DNA of 32,000 nt from Candidatus Babelota bacterium (GTDB taxonomy: Bacteria; Babelota; Babeliae; Babelales; Vermiphilaceae), in the NCBI GenBank assembly GCA_039809905.1, contig JBDHVY010000001.1:630001-662000 (forward strand), read 5' to 3'. How positions within the stretch are numbered: the stretch's first letter is position 1; each line of letters starts with the position of its first letter. Made by a program: the position numbers and the translations under genes. The notes beneath the pieces were generated by a model, which saw only the letters and a list, made by a program, of their open reading frames with translations, was not told the origin of the DNA and searched no databases. This document shows positions 26,605 through 32,000 of this stretch, in pieces.

Positions 26605-26710
26605 GAAATATCCTGTGTGAAGATAAAAAACTGATTCTCTTTTTAATTATATCGTTTTTTGAGAATATGGCTAATTTATGAGGATTTTAAGAGGAAAAAA
26701 GGAATAATTT

Positions 26711-26786
26711 TGGAGCGAGAAACGGGACTTGAACCCGCGACCTTTGCCTTGGCAAGGCAACGCTCTACCAACTGAGCTATTCTCGC
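26711..26786 (-). tRNA. tRNA-Gly (anticodon GCC), CCA encoded
   Basis: Minus strand: GCGAGAA TA GCTC AGTTGGTA GAGC G TTGCC TTGCCAA GGCAA AGGTC GCGGG TTCAAGT CCCGT TTCTCGC T CCA; full cloverleaf folds. Confidence 0.97.
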
Positions 26787-26934
26787 TTAAAGATCTGCAT
26801 ATTATTTAATCAATATTATACTCAAAAGCTTCTTAAATCTTTACGGGAATACCCGTGCGAAATATAATAGAGCATGGAGTTAATACATTGATAAGTTACC
26901 ATGAGTATAATTTTTGTCAATAAAAAGGCGTTTT

Positions 26935-27537
26935 ATGATAGATTATTTTGTTGGAATTATAAAAGAAGTACAAGAGCAAGAAATTGTTCTCGATATTGGA
27001 ATAATGGGGATTTCACTGCAGGTGCCACAGGTGCATAGTTTTACGAAAGATGCTTCAGTGAAAATATATAATTATCTTCATTGGAATGCAGAAAATGGTC
27101 CCAGTTTGTTTGGTTTTGCCACGCCACTTGATAGATCGGTATTTAAGATAATTATTAGTTGTTCTGGAATTGGGCCAAAAATAGCTTTGGCAATATTGGC
27201 AGATTTGGGAACGAATAGTTTTTTGCAGGCAATTTCTACGGGAGACGATCAAGCGCTGAGTAAAGTCAGTGGGATTGGCAAAAAAAAGGCAGAACAAATC
27301 ATTGTGCAATTAAAGCATAAAGTGGCTCATTTTATTGAATCTGGAACAGTTGATATGAGTGATATGAAAGATCTAGCACATTTTAATGACGTTTCTTTAG
27401 CGCTGCAATCACTTAATTATTCGAGAGTAGAAATTGGTAAAGCAATGGAATATGTAAAGAAAAATGCAAAAGGGGATAACATTACGTTTGATGTATTATT
27501 GCGTCAAGCGCTTTCTTATTTGTCTAAGCAGCTATGA
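26935..27537 (+). CDS. ruvA: Holliday junction branch migration protein RuvA
   Basis: Domain I MIDYFVGIIKEVQEQEIVLDIGIMGISLQVP; HhH ISCSGIGPKIALAILADLG and LSKVSGIGKKKAEQIIVQLK; C-terminal domain III. Start taken at ATG 26935 rather than TTG 26914. Confidence 0.94.
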   Translation: MIDYFVGIIKEVQEQEIVLDIGIMGISLQVPQVHSFTKDASVKIYNYLHWNAENGPSLFGFATPLDRSVFKIIISCSGIGPKIALAILADLGTNSFLQAISTGDDQALSKVSGIGKKKAEQIIVQLKHKVAHFIESGTVDMSDMKDLAHFNDVSLALQSLNYSRVEIGKAMEYVKKNAKGDNITFDVLLRQALSYLSKQL

Positions 27538-27595
27538 AAGGCATCTCTGGAAGATATAAAAAAGCTCAGTGTTTTACTGAGCTTTTTTAGTTTAA

Positions 27596-28291
27596 TTAAT
27601 TATTTTCATTATCATCTAATGGCATGCCGGCTCTGGCAAAAAGCTCCTGAAGTTTTTTTTGACAAGCAGGATTTCTGAATGCTCCTGGCATAAGTTCACA
27701 AGCAGCTTTCGCTGATGCAATATCTTGAAAAAGTGTTTGGCTTTCGAAAAACGCTCGTTCCGCATCTTTTGTTTTTGTAGAAGCTTCTTGGAAATCATTA
27801 GCTAGTTTTACTGTTTTATTGTTTTCATCTTGAAGTTGCTGACTCGTTGATTTGATATTTTGAATTTCTTTTTCTTCTTCTGTTAAAAGCCCTAATTTTT
27901 TTCTGAGTTCATCAACTCCAAATGCTACTCCGCGATCGATATACTTAAAGCCAAGAACTACGGTTTGTTCGGCAGCAGCTTTGGTTGCATAGCCTGTGAA
28001 TGTAGCACTATCTTCTTGTATCTTTTTTAAATCAGCATTGTACTGTGTCTTTGATTGCCAATATCTTTCTCGTGCTGCATTAAGCTCTTCAGCTGATATT
28101 CCTGGTCGCTGGCCTTGATTCTCTGGTGCAGCTGGTGGAGCAGCTGGTGGTCCCTCTCTTCGATCATTATCTTGAGCATCTTCTTGTTGTCCTTGAGCTT
28201 GATCTCCAGGCTTTTCTGGAGCATTCATTGAATGCAAAGATGTTGTTGAAAAAACGATAAATGCGGATAATAAAAACAATGTCTTATTCAT
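27596..28291 (-). CDS. Hypothetical exported coiled-coil/proline-rich protein
   Basis: Signal-like MNKTLFLLSAFIVFSTTSLHSM; PPAAPPAAPENQGQRP; coiled-coil helices. Confidence 0.7.
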   Translation of the reverse strand: MNKTLFLLSAFIVFSTTSLHSMNAPEKPGDQAQGQQEDAQDNDRREGPPAAPPAAPENQGQRPGISAEELNAARERYWQSKTQYNADLKKIQEDSATFTGYATKAAAEQTVVLGFKYIDRGVAFGVDELRKKLGLLTEEEKEIQNIKSTSQQLQDENNKTVKLANDFQEASTKTKDAERAFFESQTLFQDIASAKAACELMPGAFRNPACQKKLQELFARAGMPLDDNENN

Positions 28292-28292
28292 C

Positions 28293-28994
28293 TTATTTTT
28301 TTTCTTTATTAAGAAGTTTTCGTAGCTTTTCTAATTCTTGTTGGCTTTTTTGATCAGTTTTTGTTGTATGTTCTTGCAGATAGACTTGGTATTCAGCATG
28401 TACTTTTAGGCCTTCATATGCATTAGTCTGGTCCTTTTTACATTTTTCCAATTTTTTATTGAAAGATTTAGCTATTTTTTGTACTTCACCACTTACTGCA
28501 TCTTCTGGCATTAGTCTATCTGTAAGTAACGTAAATGCAGTTCCAATAATATTATTTATGAATTTTTTTAATAATTCTCGTTGAGCATATTCAGCTGTTC
28601 CTATGAATGTTGCATCAAAAGGAGAATATTCCTTCAAAAATTGTGACGTGTTGTTATATTGATCTGTTTTGGTAGTAAGATTAGTAAATTCATCTTCTTC
28701 TTTAGTTCTGTTTTGTGGTTTATTTCCTGTGTCATTATCAGTTAATTTTTTACATAATTCGTTCAAAATTGCGTTGTTTCCAGTTTTATCTGGATGTAAG
28801 AAAAGCATTGCTTTTTTATAATTCGCCCTATTTCCTTGTGTCAACTTTCGACCTTCTTCTATCAGATCATCCATATTGAAATTTTGACCAGCTTTTAGGT
28901 CGTCAATTTTTCTTCTAAACTCATCCATGGATAAAATATTAGAAACCGCAAGCATGCATAAGCATGACAATAACACATGTTTGTATATGATCAT
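28293..28994 (-). CDS. Exported J-domain-like (DnaJ-related) protein
   Basis: Signal-like HVLLSCLCMLAVSNILSM, then NRANYKKAMLFLHPDKTGNNAILNELCKKL with the HPD motif; C-terminal coiled coil. Confidence 0.65.
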   Translation of the reverse strand: MIIYKHVLLSCLCMLAVSNILSMDEFRRKIDDLKAGQNFNMDDLIEEGRKLTQGNRANYKKAMLFLHPDKTGNNAILNELCKKLTDNDTGNKPQNRTKEEDEFTNLTTKTDQYNNTSQFLKEYSPFDATFIGTAEYAQRELLKKFINNIIGTAFTLLTDRLMPEDAVSGEVQKIAKSFNKKLEKCKKDQTNAYEGLKVHAEYQVYLQEHTTKTDQKSQQELEKLRKLLNKEKK

Positions 28995-29473
28995 TGTTCA
29001 TTGCCTTTCTTATGATTTTCTTTACGTATTTCTAACAATAGATTTCTAGAGTTACGGCTGATGTTTTCAGCCATTGCATCAAACTTCTTTTGTTGAACTG
29101 TTTCTTGCTCTATTTTTTTTTGTGTTTCTGCATGGCTTGCTTGGGCAGCTATCATTTCTTTGATTTTTTCTTCATTCTGCTCTTTTAAAAAGGCAATTTT
29201 TTCTGGCTCTTTTTTTCTCACCTTAGCTACTTGTAAAGCTATATTTTTTCCTGCTAAACCGACTGCGTATAATCCCATATCCTGTAACGGAAGATCTTTA
29301 TTAAGGTCAATTTGGGGAGGCAGTATTTCAAATTTGTTTACTGTTAGCTCACCAAGCTCATTCCAATTGTTGCTTTCATACGTAATATCAAAGCTGAAAA
29401 AAATACCACTTTCTATTGAAACAGAATGTATTAAAGTATAAAGAGCTATACCAATAAGAAACATTTTTTTCAT
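28991..29473 (-). CDS. Hypothetical exported coiled-coil protein
   Basis: Signal-like MFLIGIALYTLIHSVSIES; C-terminal coiled coil ASHAETQKKIEQETVQQKKFDAMAENISRNSRNLL; ATGA overlap with the downstream gene. Confidence 0.68.
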   Translation of the reverse strand: MKKMFLIGIALYTLIHSVSIESGIFFSFDITYESNNWNELGELTVNKFEILPPQIDLNKDLPLQDMGLYAVGLAGKNIALQVAKVRKKEPEKIAFLKEQNEEKIKEMIAAQASHAETQKKIEQETVQQKKFDAMAENISRNSRNLLLEIRKENHKKGNEQ

Positions 29474-29475
29474 GA

Positions 29476-29928
29476 TTACTTATTCAATTGAGCTGCTAGC
29501 CATGCTTCTTTTTCTTTCATAATCTTATCGGTACTTTCCGTATAATGATCATAACCAAGAAGATGGCAAATGCCATGGCATAAAAGTGTGCGTAAATGTT
29601 CGTTGATTGTTTTATTTTCTTGTTCACACAACTCTTTAATGTATTCAAGAGAGATAATTAAATCGCCAACATTTTTATCGTCTTCAGTTTCTGCAACAAT
29701 TGTTTGACCGGCTTGTAAGTCCGGATGAAACGGGAATGATAAAATATCAGTTGGTTCATCTTTGCTACGAAAATCTCTGTTAAAACATTGAATTGCTTGA
29801 TTATCAGTTAACAAGATACCCAAATCAAAATCTTTATATCCCATTAAAGCAAGGATTTTTTGGGCATCGTTTTGAAATTGTTCCATATCAAGAGATGTAA
29901 TGCATTCTTCGTTATTTATATTAACCAT
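29476..29928 (-). CDS. ybeY: Endoribonuclease YbeY
   Basis: FRSKDEPTDILSFPFHPD; metal site HGICHLLGYDH. Confidence 0.97.
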   Translation of the reverse strand: MVNINNEECITSLDMEQFQNDAQKILALMGYKDFDLGILLTDNQAIQCFNRDFRSKDEPTDILSFPFHPDLQAGQTIVAETEDDKNVGDLIISLEYIKELCEQENKTINEHLRTLLCHGICHLLGYDHYTESTDKIMKEKEAWLAAQLNK

Positions 29929-30085
29929 TATAATTACCTATAATCCCAGTCTTTATTTTATTTCGACTAGGAAATCCAATAAACCAAAAAAACCAAAGAT
30001 TATTTGTATATTTTATACGCTTTATATTGTATTTCAGTATGATTAAAGTTGAATAAAAATCAAGTTTGTATAAATTATTTTTATC

Positions 30086-32000
30086 CTATTCCAATATTAC
30101 TTGTGCGTTCCATAATTCATTTTCTTGAACTAACTGAGAGCTTTGTGATTCATATTCGTGGTAGTTAATAGCAAGTGATTGAGTAACTCCGCGAATAAGT
30201 TGATCATGTTCAGCCAGTGCATCACTTATGGCGCTATTTCTAGTAAAAATATGCATAGTAGCAATAGGAGTCTTTAAAGATAGCTGTTGTTCTGATTTAA
30301 GTTTGCGTACCTGTGTTGCTATTGCAATAACAGAATTCATTACATCTCGCTCATTCTCAAAAATATAAGGAATTTGAATCTCTTGATAACGTGTTTGATG
30401 TAATGATGGTATTTGTTCATGATTTTTATAAAGTTCTTGATACAATGCTTCTGTTATGTGTGGTATGTAGGGAGCGTATAATTGCAATATGCGTAATCCT
30501 GCATGGTAAAGGGTCCAGCGAGTTGATTCAACTTCATGCATTGCATATTGATCGAGATTAAATAATTGATTTTTAATTAATTCAAGGTAGTTATCGCAAA
30601 AATCATTCCAGAAAAATTGTTCAACGGTATCACGTGCAAGGCCATATTCTTGTTGCTCAAAATAATACTGATATTTGGTAAAACATGCAGAGATAGTGTG
30701 TAACAACCATTTATTTATAGCTCCGATTTCACTAGGCGTGTGGAGTGATTTATTAAAATTAACTAAATGTGGTTCGGCAAAACGGAATGCGTTCCATAGT
30801 TTAGTAATTAATTTTTGTCCAATCAGTAACTGTTCTTCTGAGAACATCATGTCTTGACCAAGTTTACCAGATGCTGTCCAATATCTAATTGCATCAGCAG
30901 GATATTTTTCCAATAAGAGCAGAGGGTCCATTGCGGTGCCATCTTTTTTGGATATTTTTCCTTGTCCTTTATCGCTCAGTACGTGGCCTGATATGACAAT
31001 GTCTTTCCATGGTGCTATGCCATGATGCATCCATGTTTTTACAATGGTATCAAACGCCCATGTACGAATAATATCATGTGCTTGTGGGCGCATGTCCATT
31101 CTAACCCCATGTATCACATCGTTCTCCATGGGGACCCCATTAAAGAGAGAAGATGACGGAGAGAGAAGGTTGTAACAGATATACGGAGTTAAAGATGATG
31201 TATTCCATGTATCCATTACATCAGTATCAGGTTTGATATTAGTGCTGCCGCATTTTGTGCATGGCCCATCAAAGGGCGTCTCTTGAGGATCAACAGGTAG
31301 CTGCTCAGGTTGTGCTAATAATATTTCATTGCAATCCTGGCAGTGCCAAGCAGGAAATGGAATTCCATAAAAACGCTGGCGAGAGATTCCCCAATCCCAT
31401 GCAAGATTTTCTACCCAATCGGTGTAGCGAGATTTCATGAATGATGGATGCCAATTAATTTGCTCAGCCATATCTAAAAAATTTTGTTTATAAGGCAAGA
31501 TTTCAATAAACCATTGTGGCAATATGGTAAATTCAATAGGTTTTTTGCAGCGTTCATGAACGTTAACTGAGTGCGAAATTGCTTTTTGAGCCAGAAGAAC
31601 ATTGCTTTCGCGTAATTTTTCAATTACTGTAGCGCGGGCATCAGCTACTTTAAGTCCACTTAAAAAGCCTGCAAGTTCGGTACATTTTCCATCTAAACCG
31701 ATAACGTTTCTGTATGCTAGATTGTGTTTTTTATACCAAATAACATCTGTTTTATCGCCGAAGGTACACACCATTACTAGACCACTTCCCTTTTCAGGAT
31801 CAACAAGTTCATCTTGTAGGAGTGGAACTGATTGACCAAAGAGAGGAACAATCGCTTTTTTACCATATAAATGGCCATAGCGCATATCGCTGGGATTATA
31901 TAAAACAGCAACGCATGCAGGTAATAGTTCCGGACGTGTTGTTGCTATAACAAGGTCATTGCCATCGGAATCTTTAAAAACAATATCGTTAAAAGATGAT
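30086..32000 (-). CDS. valS: Valyl-tRNA synthetase, partial (runs off the right edge of the window)
   Basis: The frame continues past the track start to 32000 as SSFNDIVFKDSDGNDLVIATTRPELLPACVAVLYNPSDMRY; WDWGISRQRFYGIPFPAW; GKISKKDGTAMDP; PADAIRYWTASGKLGQDMMF. Confidence 0.95.
   Translation of the reverse strand, partial: SSFNDIVFKDSDGNDLVIATTRPELLPACVAVLYNPSDMRYGHLYGKKAIVPLFGQSVPLLQDELVDPEKGSGLVMVCTFGDKTDVIWYKKHNLAYRNVIGLDGKCTELAGFLSGLKVADARATVIEKLRESNVLLAQKAISHSVNVHERCKKPIEFTILPQWFIEILPYKQNFLDMAEQINWHPSFMKSRYTDWVENLAWDWGISRQRFYGIPFPAWHCQDCNEILLAQPEQLPVDPQETPFDGPCTKCGSTNIKPDTDVMDTWNTSSLTPYICYNLLSPSSSLFNGVPMENDVIHGVRMDMRPQAHDIIRTWAFDTIVKTWMHHGIAPWKDIVISGHVLSDKGQGKISKKDGTAMDPLLLLEKYPADAIRYWTASGKLGQDMMFSEEQLLIGQKLITKLWNAFRFAEPHLVNFNKSLHTPSEIGAINKWLLHTISACFTKYQYYFEQQEYGLARDTVEQFFWNDFCDNYLELIKNQLFNLDQYAMHEVESTRWTLYHAGLRILQLYAPYIPHITEALYQELYKNHEQIPSLHQTRYQEIQIPYIFENERDVMNSVIAIATQVRKLKSEQQLSLKTPIATMHIFTRNSAISDALAEHDQLIRGVTQSLAINYHEYESQSSQLVQENELWNAQVILE

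Noticed and set aside
26845-26860. Short inverted repeat acgggaatacccgt upstream of ruvA
   Set aside because: Only about 5 bp per arm with a 4-nt loop; too short to claim a regulatory element without conservation data.
1-32000. Search for CRISPR arrays, insertion sequences, phage genes, toxin-antitoxin or restriction systems
   Set aside because: I found no regularly spaced direct repeats, transposase or integrase motifs, or recognisable defence genes on reading; the only sizeable internal repeat is the ankyrin duplication.

Overview
A 32 kb AT-rich bacterial chromosomal segment with a compact mix of housekeeping genes and lineage-specific genes for exported or membrane proteins. Recognisable genes: a short uvrC, M23 peptidase, PilO-like protein, DUF5674 protein, a polar amino-acid ABC transporter (three genes), a DEAD-box helicase, a mutY-like glycosylase, a photolyase, an exported ankyrin protein, gatB, an RNase E/G family gene, an OmpA/Pal-like lipoprotein, an MGDG-synthase/MurG-like glycosyltransferase, mnmE next to a jag/khpB-like gene, tRNA-Gly(GCC), ruvA, ybeY and a 3'-partial valS. 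About 14 further ORFs encode proteins with signal-peptide-like N termini. Several of these form diverged paralogous pairs (101/920, 8630/9241, 11822/13531, 22355/23132). The gene content and composition suggest a reduced host-associated lineage, possibly Dependentiae/Babeliae-like, but this is inference only. I see no CRISPR array, transposon, prophage or canonical defence system. The best candidates for new biology are: an exported J-domain-like protein in a packed cluster of secreted proteins upstream of the valS end; a tandem pair of exported Nudix-like proteins; a hairpin-rich intergenic region at 5574-5803; and a mutY whose conserved N terminus has no canonical start codon.
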